Below, piece after piece: positions 28,881 through 37,705 of a stretch of DNA of 53,582 nucleotides; within the stretch, counting starts at the first letter, position 1; every line of letters starts with the position of its first letter. This stretch comes from a virus (lineage: Duplodnaviria; Caudoviricetes), in the IMG/VR virus record IMGVR_UViG_3300017971_000344, positions 1-53,582 of that record; one strand, written 5' to 3'. A model generated the notes under the pieces. That model did not search any database. It saw only the letters and a program-made list of their open reading frames with translations, and was not told where the DNA came from. The position numbers and the translations under genes are program-made.

Positions 28881-30898
28881 GTAAACAGACAGAACAGCTT
28901 CCGGATCCAGTTCAGCTGGTTCAGCAGGCCATCGCAGCTGATCTGGACTCTGCCGTACTGACGGAACGTAGTTTCGATGTAGCGAACAACGTTATCGAAT
29001 GGTGTACCAACCACCGCTACCTCAACGCATCCGACCCACTATGGCCGCGCCAAATCGAGATGCTGTCCAGGTTTTTTGAGGACGTGTGTTACTTCTGCAG
29101 CGACGCTGACTACATTCACGGTGTTCCGGTTGACGACCCTGTTGGCGATGTATTGGATCGGTTCTGTTTGTTAGAGCATGGTGTTTGTCCTCGCTGCCGG
29201 CGCAACAGACTTGAGATGCTGTCTGAATGGCAGCGAGATCCTCGCTACGCCCGCTACCATGTTTGGGATCCCAGCGTAAAACTGCGTGGTGTCCCACCGA
29301 ACGAGTTCAATGGTATTTGGGGACAACGGTCAGGTAAGAGTTTTGCCGTCGCTACTTTTTTCTGGACGTACGTGCTGCATCGTTATCTGTCAGTACCCAA
29401 TGTGCCAAGCTACTTCAGATTGGCTTCCAACACGGTACTGGAAGCGGCATTTGTTTCTCCCATCAAGGAACAAGTAAAGACGTACATGTGGACTCCTTTC
29501 CTGCACGTGTGGGATAGCAGCCCTTGGTTCCGTGAGTTCGTCGGTCACCTCAAACAAGAAGAAAAGCGGATCGGGATCCCGCTGTACTACCGATCAGTAG
29601 AGTCTCTGGCCTTCCCTTCTAAGCGGTTGGTTGCCTACATGAAGGCTGCCAACTCCGGTACCCTCCGTGGTGGTACACGTTGGGTAGCCGCATTGGACGA
29701 GCTTGGCTGGTTCAATGCAAGCGATAGCGGAAAGAAACGTGCAGGCGTCAAAGACGGCACGGAAGTCTTTACCAGCATGAATAGGTCTTTGCGTACCGTC
29801 CGCACTAGAGCTAACAAACGTCGCAGTCAACTGGGTGACTATGATACTCTGGATGGCTATATGTTCTGCATCAGCAGCCCCAGCAGCATCAATGACCCAA
29901 TTGAGCAGCGAGCCGCTATAGCGCAAAAGAGCCCTCGAATGTTCCACGCCAGGTATGCCACCTGGGAAGTGAACCCAGAAGAGGATGAGGATACGATCCG
30001 CGAAGAAGAGGGATCTGATCCGATCAAGTTCAAGCGAGACTACTGCGCTCAACCACCCAGAGCCGCAAGTCCCTTTATTGAGTCTGGTCCGTATCTGCAA
30101 CAAATGGTGGACCACAACCTTACCAAGAGGCCTTTGTTTGCGTACACAATCGAGGCCAAGAATGATCGCGACACGGGGTTGACGCTGCTGCGCCCGACTC
30201 TTAAACGTCGTGGGGCTGACAAGTCCATTCCGAGAGTGCTGGCGGTAGACAACGGAGAGAAAGCCAACTCGTTTGCTTTGTGCGTCGCTAGCTATTATCC
30301 AGAACATGACGGTGTGTTGATGGAGGAGTTCCTGGAGGTGGCGCCATACCAGCACCATCAGGTAGACCTCCAGTGGTGTTATGACGAACTTATTTTAGGC
30401 TTGGTTCGTACGTTCTCTATTGAGCAGGTTCTGTACGATCAGTGGGAATCTTCCTACGCGGTTCGTGATCTGCGGACTAACTACGGTGTTGACGCCAACC
30501 AGTATAGTTTGAAGTGGAAAGATTTTGACCGGTTTAAAGATGACATCAAAGGAACCAAAATTGGGTTTCCTGTGCCAGAGACAGAGCCAGATGATTTGCT
30601 GCTAACCAACAACCTGGTGGAGCGTGCACGTACGCCACGAGCCCACTTCCAACTGCAACTTACAACAGTCAATCAGTTCGGCAAGACCGTAACCAAACCA
30701 GATCAAGGTAACGACGACCTATTCCGCTGCGCTGTCCTGGCCCACTGGGCTATTACGAATAACAGGGATCGTTATCGTACTAGAGCCCGAGGACGCAGAC
30801 GTAGCGGAGGATCGCGCAAAGTAGCGTTTGGGCGTTCTGCCGGTGGTCGTAGGGGCGGGTTTGGTGGTCGTCGAGCGGGTAGACGTAGAAGGTTCTGA
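28877..30898 (+). CDS. terL: Terminase large subunit
   Basis: LWPRQ, GQRSGKS Walker A, AALDELGWF Walker B, ISSP, LAVDNG, YDQWES, NDDL; upstream of a portal-like gene. Confidence 0.85.
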   Translation: MSKQTEQLPDPVQLVQQAIAADLDSAVLTERSFDVANNVIEWCTNHRYLNASDPLWPRQIEMLSRFFEDVCYFCSDADYIHGVPVDDPVGDVLDRFCLLEHGVCPRCRRNRLEMLSEWQRDPRYARYHVWDPSVKLRGVPPNEFNGIWGQRSGKSFAVATFFWTYVLHRYLSVPNVPSYFRLASNTVLEAAFVSPIKEQVKTYMWTPFLHVWDSSPWFREFVGHLKQEEKRIGIPLYYRSVESLAFPSKRLVAYMKAANSGTLRGGTRWVAALDELGWFNASDSGKKRAGVKDGTEVFTSMNRSLRTVRTRANKRRSQLGDYDTLDGYMFCISSPSSINDPIEQRAAIAQKSPRMFHARYATWEVNPEEDEDTIREEEGSDPIKFKRDYCAQPPRAASPFIESGPYLQQMVDHNLTKRPLFAYTIEAKNDRDTGLTLLRPTLKRRGADKSIPRVLAVDNGEKANSFALCVASYYPEHDGVLMEEFLEVAPYQHHQVDLQWCYDELILGLVRTFSIEQVLYDQWESSYAVRDLRTNYGVDANQYSLKWKDFDRFKDDIKGTKIGFPVPETEPDDLLLTNNLVERARTPRAHFQLQLTTVNQFGKTVTKPDQGNDDLFRCAVLAHWAITNNRDRYRTRARGRRRSGGSRKVAFGRSAGGRRGGFGGRRAGRRRRF

Positions 30899-30899
30899 C

Positions 30900-31298
30900 G
30901 TGGAAGCTGGACCTACCATTTGCAGCGTTTGTCATACTGCTACACAAGCGGTAATTGTAGACCTTAAAGCGTACAATGAGCATAAAGTACCAGTGTGGTA
31001 CTGTCCGACGTGCGATCTGTCTTTGCCTGTTATGCAGATAGACCGACATGCTTGGGTTGATGCGTATGCTTGGGATCCGCCGGGGTTTGCGTACGGTGCG
31101 TTTGTTTCAGACCCTAAACACTGTATTGGATGCGACCAACAAACCAGGCAAGCCGACATCGATCTAGTCTTGATTGATGCGTTCCCATTTTGGGAAGCAA
31201 GGCAGCCTTCTTGGGTTTGCTATCGTTGCGGCTTCACTGACCGAGCCATTTACGCTAACCGCCATCTTTGGGCAGACCACTACAAAGACTGGAAATAA
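30900..31298 (+). CDS. Tandem zinc-ribbon protein
   Basis: Two CxxC...CxxC units ending RHAWVDAY and RHLWADHY; start estimated. Confidence 0.55.
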   Translation: MEAGPTICSVCHTATQAVIVDLKAYNEHKVPVWYCPTCDLSLPVMQIDRHAWVDAYAWDPPGFAYGAFVSDPKHCIGCDQQTRQADIDLVLIDAFPFWEARQPSWVCYRCGFTDRAIYANRHLWADHYKDWK

Positions 31299-31675
31299 TG
31301 ATGACGATTCAAGAGCAGATCCGCCAAACAGCGGCTAGTATGAAAATAAAACTCACCTCAAGGCAACTGAACCGGATTGCCGGTACGGTAAAGTTTAGTC
31401 GCGTTCGTGTAGCTAGTAATCTGGATCCGTTGATCCGAAAGGAACTGCAGAAGCTGGCTGACGAAGCGTTGCAAGAGCTTCCTGTCGTCAATACAACAGA
31501 AGCAGAGGCACGCAACCGTGAATCCGCCTTCAAGCAGATTGACGACAGCCTGTCTAGCGGGCACTGCCCACGCTGCGGAAAGAAAATGCGTGAGGTGAAG
31601 TTGGCCGACTACTCCCCAGCTCTCTATTGCGACGGTGAGTGTAGAATCACTTTGTGGATGCCTGAGAAACAGTAA
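31298..31675 (+). CDS. Zn-ribbon protein
   Basis: CPRCG...CDGEC. Confidence 0.65.
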   Translation: MMTIQEQIRQTAASMKIKLTSRQLNRIAGTVKFSRVRVASNLDPLIRKELQKLADEALQELPVVNTTEAEARNRESAFKQIDDSLSSGHCPRCGKKMREVKLADYSPALYCDGECRITLWMPEKQ

Positions 31676-31692
31676 AACAGAAGAGGCGTTCT

Positions 31693-33948
31693 TTGTTCTA
31701 TCCCAAGTACAACTACAGTAACGGACTGATCCGTCCTGCTGGCCGTAAGGTAGCGGCGGTATCTAAAAGTAGATCACGTAGACGTGTTGCTAACATGAGC
31801 GGAGGTGCGGGCGGTTTGATGGGTGCGGGCGGCGGAATGATGTCGGCTTATAGTCCAGTTTATGAGCGTGCTGAAGACCCCACGCTAGCGGAAGAGTTCC
31901 TACCAACCGATACACAGACGCAGAATAAAATCTTCCGCAACATTATCATGTTTGATCCGGTTGCTGGACCGGCCACTGAGTACTGGCGTGATTTGGCTTT
32001 CTCCAAACACGTTCGCTTAGGTGGTATCGAAGACGAGAAGATTCTGCGGTTCTACCAAGACGCTATTGAGTCTAGTGGTATTGAATCCGAGATGCCATGG
32101 CTTCTGAACGACTATTTGACGTTCGGTCGCTTCGTTATGCATATGGATTTTGATGACCAACGTGGATTCTGGACGCAGCTCATCGTTCACGATCTAGACT
32201 TCGTCGAGATCAACGTTCCTCCCTTCCCGTCGGAAGATCCTATCATCAACATCCAACCGACGCACGAACATCGCGACTGGGCTGTATCTCGAGATCCTCG
32301 AGTTATGGAGCAACGAGAAAAATACGACCCTGAAATCATCAAGTTGATGGCTATGGGTGACCCTTACCCATTGCCCGCAGAGCACACGCTGTTTATGGCT
32401 CGTCGAGCTTTCGCTACCGACTACTATGGCACTAGTTATCTGACGCGTATCATTCCATTCAAAATTATGGAGAAGGCGTTGATCGACGCCGAAGTAGCGG
32501 CAGCACGCCGTCGCGCAGGACCCGTATGGGTAATCAATGTGCCCGAGGCTTATGAAGCCGATGAAATCCAGGAAATCATCGACCAGTTCTTCGCAATTGA
32601 GGAAGATCCAATCGGCGGCAAGGTAGCGGTTCGTGAAGGTGTGACTGTATCTCCTATGGGAGGAGGTAAATCGGATTTCTGGACTCTGTCTGATGAATAT
32701 GACTTCCTTCGGTCCGCTAAGCTGAACGCTCTGGGCATCAATGATAGTTTCGCGGATGGGTCAGCCACTTTGGCCTCTATGGAAAAGAACGTTGAACTGT
32801 TTGTTGAGAAGCTCAGAGCCATCAGAACCCACTTCACCGAGAAGGTCATTATCGACAAGATGCTGCGCGGGCTGGCGCGGATTCATGGTTACGCCAAAAA
32901 GCCTGCTACCCAGGTAGCTCATCGGTATCGTATAGCTAAGCGAGAGATTCCAGACTCTGAATTGATCATCCCTACGGTTGAGTGGGATCGCCCTCTAGAG
33001 CCTCATGCTGACTTGGACTACTGGGATCTCCTGGAGCGTCTCGACGCCAAAGGCATCGTGGTGACGAAACGTAAATGGGCTCAAGCGGCTGGCTACGACC
33101 TCGATGAAGCTATTGATGGTTCTGCTGCCGATATGAAAGACCGAGCCAAGCTGTATCAGATTAAGTCCGCACAAGCCAAACAGGCAGAAGACGCAGGGTT
33201 TGACCTTGAAGGTAACATGCTGTCTGGTGGTGAGATAGGCGGCGGGGGTGGATTTGGCGGTGGTCTGTTGGACGATGGTCCTGATTTTGGTGAGTTGGGT
33301 GGTGGCGAAGAAGGCGGACTAGATTTCGGTGGAGAGGGAGGAGGCGGGGAGTTTGAACCAGGGGCTCCTCCGCTCGAGGTAGAATTGCCTGCGGCTGAGA
33401 CGCCTGAAGCTGGGCCTGGTGGTGCTGGTGCCTCTATGGGCCCGTCTCGTTTTTCTACCGAGCGCCCCGAGACCAGATTTCGGTACGCCATGCCTAATGA
33501 CTACCGTGACCTGGAACGCACTCTAGACGCTATTGCGATCTGGAACGATACTGGCCTCGTTGCCGGTATGACCAAACGTAACGTGGCACAGCACCTGGAC
33601 AGAATAGCCCATATGGCACCCACAGACCGAGATAGTAGACGGTTAGATCGTATGCTGCGCAGAGCTGAACTTAACTCGGTTCAGGCTGGGATAGTTCAGT
33701 ACTGTGCCACTCGTTTGGGTTTTGTTCATCGACCGTCAATTGACTCTAACACCATCCGGTTCCTTCAGCATACGTTGGTTGATCAAGCAAACCAGTGCGG
33801 CCTCACCAAGCAGCTGAACAAAGAGTTGGAAGTGCTGACTAGGATTGCTCAGGCTGTTACCAAAACACCTTCAGCCGGTTTACGCAATCTTACTAGCCGA
33901 GATCAACAAAAGGTTCCGGACCATCAGGTACTGACCGGATTGCTTTGA
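31693..33948 (+). CDS. Portal protein
   Basis: Follows terL; YLTFG, YGTSYL, ALGI segments typical of large-phage portals; Gly/Glu-rich linker. Confidence 0.7.
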   Translation: MFYPKYNYSNGLIRPAGRKVAAVSKSRSRRRVANMSGGAGGLMGAGGGMMSAYSPVYERAEDPTLAEEFLPTDTQTQNKIFRNIIMFDPVAGPATEYWRDLAFSKHVRLGGIEDEKILRFYQDAIESSGIESEMPWLLNDYLTFGRFVMHMDFDDQRGFWTQLIVHDLDFVEINVPPFPSEDPIINIQPTHEHRDWAVSRDPRVMEQREKYDPEIIKLMAMGDPYPLPAEHTLFMARRAFATDYYGTSYLTRIIPFKIMEKALIDAEVAAARRRAGPVWVINVPEAYEADEIQEIIDQFFAIEEDPIGGKVAVREGVTVSPMGGGKSDFWTLSDEYDFLRSAKLNALGINDSFADGSATLASMEKNVELFVEKLRAIRTHFTEKVIIDKMLRGLARIHGYAKKPATQVAHRYRIAKREIPDSELIIPTVEWDRPLEPHADLDYWDLLERLDAKGIVVTKRKWAQAAGYDLDEAIDGSAADMKDRAKLYQIKSAQAKQAEDAGFDLEGNMLSGGEIGGGGGFGGGLLDDGPDFGELGGGEEGGLDFGGEGGGGEFEPGAPPLEVELPAAETPEAGPGGAGASMGPSRFSTERPETRFRYAMPNDYRDLERTLDAIAIWNDTGLVAGMTKRNVAQHLDRIAHMAPTDRDSRRLDRMLRRAELNSVQAGIVQYCATRLGFVHRPSIDSNTIRFLQHTLVDQANQCGLTKQLNKELEVLTRIAQAVTKTPSAGLRNLTSRDQQKVPDHQVLTGLL

Positions 33949-33949
33949 C

Positions 33950-33978
33950 TTGACAAAGTCAATCAAACGTTATAGCCT
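33950..33978 (+). promoter_or_regulatory. Sigma70-type promoter, leaderless, -35 within a palindrome
   Basis: TTGACA-17nt-TAGCCT, 6 nt then ATG 33985; TTGACAAAGTCAA palindrome. Confidence 0.6.
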
Positions 33979-33984
33979 TAGCCT

Positions 33985-34635
33985 ATGCAACGTGTTTTTC
34001 AAGAGCTGAACCGGATGGTTCAAGAAGGTGTGGTCGACCAGTATGCCGTAGGTGGCTCAGTTGGTTACATTTGTTACGTCGAACCGTTCTTTACGGAAGA
34101 CATCGACGTGTTCGTGCTGCTTCCACAAACGTCCATCTTGGTTTCGATGGCACCTATCTATGCTTGGGCGGCTAAGCGGGGATTTGAGCCAGACGAAGAT
34201 GCCCTTTTGATTCATGGAGAGAAGGTTCAATTTCTTGTAGCACCTACGACGTTGGAGGAAGAAGCTATTCAGAACGCCAGACAGCTACGTTTGTTTGGCG
34301 AGACGGTTTCGGTGATGTCTCCCGAGTTTCTGGTAGCCACCTCGCTTCGTGCTGGTCGAGCCAAAGACTACGCCAAAATAGAGAAGATGTTGGACGAGTA
34401 CAGCCTTGATGAATCTACATTGATGGATTTGATTACTCGCTTTGGACTTCAAGACCGATGGCAACGCGCTGCGCCTTCAGTCGTTGAGGCAGCTTATCGT
34501 ACGTTGGTAGCTGCTAAGCGGCGGTCTAGAAGACGCGCAGCTCAGCAACCTTTCAGCCTTAAAGCAGCAACACTGATGCGTCTCCGAAAACGAGCAGATC
34601 AGTTGCGAAATATCAGGAATCAACATGTCGACTAA
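33985..34635 (+). CDS. Nucleotidyltransferase (AbiEii/DUF6036-like) with basic C-terminal extension
   Basis: YAVGGS...TEDIDVFV...AGRAKD. Confidence 0.75.
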   Translation: MQRVFQELNRMVQEGVVDQYAVGGSVGYICYVEPFFTEDIDVFVLLPQTSILVSMAPIYAWAAKRGFEPDEDALLIHGEKVQFLVAPTTLEEEAIQNARQLRLFGETVSVMSPEFLVATSLRAGRAKDYAKIEKMLDEYSLDESTLMDLITRFGLQDRWQRAAPSVVEAAYRTLVAAKRRSRRRAAQQPFSLKAATLMRLRKRADQLRNIRNQHVD

Positions 34636-35647
34636 ATGTCGGTGTCACGACGACCGTGACGTTGCGGCTGAACGCGACCACGATCAAGAAGACTTCAACT
34701 GGACTGGTTTTGAGGGCTACCAGTGGACCAATGAGTGGTTTGTAGATCAGCGAGGTCCATATTTGACTACCATGATAGCTGAGACAGAACAGTTGGATCG
34801 TCCCACAGCCGACATGATTGCGTTCTTTGAGAAACGAACCAAGGATCACATCAACCGTGTCATCAAGTACATGAAGATGCTGGAGAGCTTTGAAGGGCTA
34901 CGGCGAGACGAGCTGGTTGCGCGAGGACTTCAGCATGACCAGGACAAGTATACAGATCGGGATCTGGTCATCCCGTACATCTGGGTGACTGAGTACCATC
35001 GAGTCAGCAACGAAGACGGTTCCGTACCGGACGACTTACAACGTCAATACGAACTAGCCGGCCAAGCTACCGAGCAGCACGTTCATCAGAATCTTCATCA
35101 CCCGGAAGCTCACGACGATCCAACCGATATGGATCTGTTGGATTTGGTCGAAATGGTGGCTGACTGGTCTGCTATGGCGGAAGAACTAAGCCGAGGTAGT
35201 TGTCGGGAATGGGCTGACGAGAACATCGGAAGCAAGTGGCGGTTCTCTAAAGACCAAGTCGACATCATCTACCGTGCTATCAACTGGATTGAAAACAAAG
35301 GCTCTACTAGGACAAGCTCAATGCGCAAACCACGAAACGCCTCTAATGTGTTAAAGTATAAAGGACATCTATACCGAGCTGCCGTTGAGCCTACTTGGAT
35401 CCAGCGCCTCAAGTCCGGCGTTGACCCAGAAACCAAAACGCACCACAAACACCTATTAAGTGACATCAAAGAGATGCGAGTTCTGTTGGAGCGTTTCTTT
35501 CAGAACCACGGTTCTGTGGTGTTCGACGAAGAGCACATGCAGTTGCTTAGTCAGCTCAAGCAGTTGCTGGCTACATATGAGTACCCAATCAACCTAGTCG
35601 AAACTAAACAAAGTGACGACGATTTTCTACTAGACCTGTTGGAGTAA
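34625..35647 (+). CDS. HD-fold (DUF5662-like) protein with internal tag motif
   Basis: HINRV, HDQDK, HQNLHHPE, EMVADW; LKYKGHLYRAA. Confidence 0.7.
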   Translation: MSTKCRCHDDRDVAAERDHDQEDFNWTGFEGYQWTNEWFVDQRGPYLTTMIAETEQLDRPTADMIAFFEKRTKDHINRVIKYMKMLESFEGLRRDELVARGLQHDQDKYTDRDLVIPYIWVTEYHRVSNEDGSVPDDLQRQYELAGQATEQHVHQNLHHPEAHDDPTDMDLLDLVEMVADWSAMAEELSRGSCREWADENIGSKWRFSKDQVDIIYRAINWIENKGSTRTSSMRKPRNASNVLKYKGHLYRAAVEPTWIQRLKSGVDPETKTHHKHLLSDIKEMRVLLERFFQNHGSVVFDEEHMQLLSQLKQLLATYEYPINLVETKQSDDDFLLDLLE

Positions 35648-35749
35648 ATCGATGCAACGCCGTTCCGCGATTGACTTCAATCTACCAGAGGATCACGTAG
35701 AGCAGGCAGTGATGAGCCGCTGGCCGGGAGTCCGGACAGCATTAAGAGT

Positions 35750-36130
35750 GTGAAGTTTCGCTTGTACGAAGTTGGGTTCAAACCGCTTGATTTGCCTCGT
35801 GGTGTATTGCAATATGACGAGAGAGGCAGGACGCGAGTGATCGCTTTGATGGATCAGAAGAGGGGTAAGGTTGTGGTGATGAGTCATAGAGATCGCCAGT
35901 ACGAAAACCTCACTAGGAAGGATACTACGAACATGACTACGACAGCACGATTTAACCGCTTCCAGGAAAGTCAGATTATAGACGAAATCTGGGGTCTTGA
36001 GCAGGACCTGGATCACTTCAATCGACTGCGCGACCAAGGCCGCATTTCAGACGAACAGTGGGATGAAGAAGTAGAGGCAATCCAAGAAGACCTAGACCGG
36101 TTGGAACGAGAACTCCGGCGAGGCCGCTAA
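35750..36130 (+). CDS. Hypothetical protein
   Basis: ORF coupled to the next gene. Confidence 0.55.
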   Translation: MKFRLYEVGFKPLDLPRGVLQYDERGRTRVIALMDQKRGKVVVMSHRDRQYENLTRKDTTNMTTTARFNRFQESQIIDEIWGLEQDLDHFNRLRDQGRISDEQWDEEVEAIQEDLDRLERELRRGR

Positions 36131-36471
36131 TGGCTACCTGGCCGAAAGTATCGGGCCCCGTGCTGGAGGACGTAAATCAAAATCCTTCAGTGCAGCAGCT
36201 GGTGTCTGAAATGATCGCTGCTACTCGAGAGTACATCGACGAGTGGGACGCCGAGTTAACCGCGTTGGCGACGAGTGCTGCACAAGGTGATGCCGTCGTA
36301 GCGTTGATCGAGATGGCCACCTCAGTTCAGGAAGTAGCAGAGCAGCTACAGCGCTTTCGTCTGGAGGGCATCGAACTACAGATGACCGGTATAGCGGAAT
36401 TCCTACAGCGGTCCGAAGAGGCATACCAGGATATGAAGCAGCAGGCTGATGATGCTGGTGAAGGCGTGTAG
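36130..36471 (+). CDS. Hypothetical helical protein
   Basis: TAATG coupling. Confidence 0.65.
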   Translation: MATWPKVSGPVLEDVNQNPSVQQLVSEMIAATREYIDEWDAELTALATSAAQGDAVVALIEMATSVQEVAEQLQRFRLEGIELQMTGIAEFLQRSEEAYQDMKQQADDAGEGV

Positions 36472-36475
36472 AGTT

Positions 36476-36811
36476 ATGAACCAACGTCAACTAGAGCAGC
36501 TGCCCATTGATGAACTCGACCGTATGGCGTTTGGGGTCACGCAAGGTATCCAGCAGCTGCCGATCGATCAGATCCAAATCAAGTACCAAGACGATTTCGA
36601 GAACGCTTTGGACTACGTCGAAGACTGCCTTGACTGCTACGTAGATGCGTTGGATGAACCTGTTGAGGTTTCGTTGGAGCGTGGTGTCTATTGGCTAGAG
36701 GATGGACACCATCGTTACGTAACGGCGGTTGGTCTGGGGAACGATACCATTTTGGCCGACCTGACGATCAAAGATAATCCGATACGGGTGTTGACTAGGC
36801 CGGCTCAGTAA
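36476..36811 (+). CDS. ParB/Srx-like domain protein
   Basis: PVEV...YWLEDGHHRYVTA. Confidence 0.7.
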   Translation: MNQRQLEQLPIDELDRMAFGVTQGIQQLPIDQIQIKYQDDFENALDYVEDCLDCYVDALDEPVEVSLERGVYWLEDGHHRYVTAVGLGNDTILADLTIKDNPIRVLTRPAQ

Positions 36812-36822
36812 TAGGCACTCCG

Positions 36823-37701
36823 ATGAACACTAAACTCAAACAAGCGTATCAGGAACTTCAGCAACAATACGGTCCTATGGTTGTGTACGAAGACAACGAC
36901 GATTGGGCTGAAGTGGCGCTGGACGAAAACGAAACCGGGCAATCTGATGAATTTGTCTTGGTACACGATCCCCAAGCGTACGCAGCAAGTGAAGCCAGTA
37001 CAGAAGAGCTAGAGAAGCTTTGGCTTGACCGTAACAAAGAGTCTGCTGTCGAAACTGCAAGAACACTCTGCTTTGAGAACGCTGTGGCGGATTCTTGGTC
37101 TTCTGCTTTGAGGGATATGGAAAGAGGCTATTCGGATGAGTTTGTTCGTTACTGGTATGACGTCACAACGGTAGAGAAAAATGGCGTACCGAACGTACTA
37201 TCAGTCTTAGCAGACTACGCCAGCGAAAACCCAGATTATTGGGTTGAGGGACTCAAGAAGCCCAAACAGAGACTGCGTAAACGGTACAAAGGTGACAAGG
37301 ATCCGGTGCTTACGGGACCTACCGATGAAGAGTGGAATCAGATGTCGATGGAAGACCGACTTGATGCTGCCAAGTACCCTAAACCAACAGCAGCCAATAT
37401 ACGCTGGGGAATCAAAGAGTGGCGTCGTATTTTGGAGGAGCGAGGCAAGGCAGGAGACCTCGAGCTGACCGACAGCAGCTACAAACAAGCAGCAGACTAC
37501 GCTGAATGGAGTTGTGCTAACTACTCCGAAGACGACTTACTGGACAACTTCGGTGAGAATCTTCTTCCCTATGATTGGCGCGATGACGTAGCTGAGTATC
37601 TTGCAGGTACGTCAGATGCGGATGCTCTGCAGCTGACCTACGCACGGGATTTTGATGTTCAACGTACTCCGTCGGGTGTTTACTGGTGGCGAATTGAGTA
37701 A
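36823..37701 (+). CDS. Hypothetical acidic protein
   Basis: 292-aa ORF. Confidence 0.7.
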   Translation: MNTKLKQAYQELQQQYGPMVVYEDNDDWAEVALDENETGQSDEFVLVHDPQAYAASEASTEELEKLWLDRNKESAVETARTLCFENAVADSWSSALRDMERGYSDEFVRYWYDVTTVEKNGVPNVLSVLADYASENPDYWVEGLKKPKQRLRKRYKGDKDPVLTGPTDEEWNQMSMEDRLDAAKYPKPTAANIRWGIKEWRRILEERGKAGDLELTDSSYKQAADYAEWSCANYSEDDLLDNFGENLLPYDWRDDVAEYLAGTSDADALQLTYARDFDVQRTPSGVYWWRIE

Positions 37702-37705
37702 CGAT

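Noticed and set aside
28877-30898. Intein in terminase
   Set aside because: The Cys-rich insert (CYFC/CPRC) before Walker A lacks intein termini and LAGLIDADG motifs
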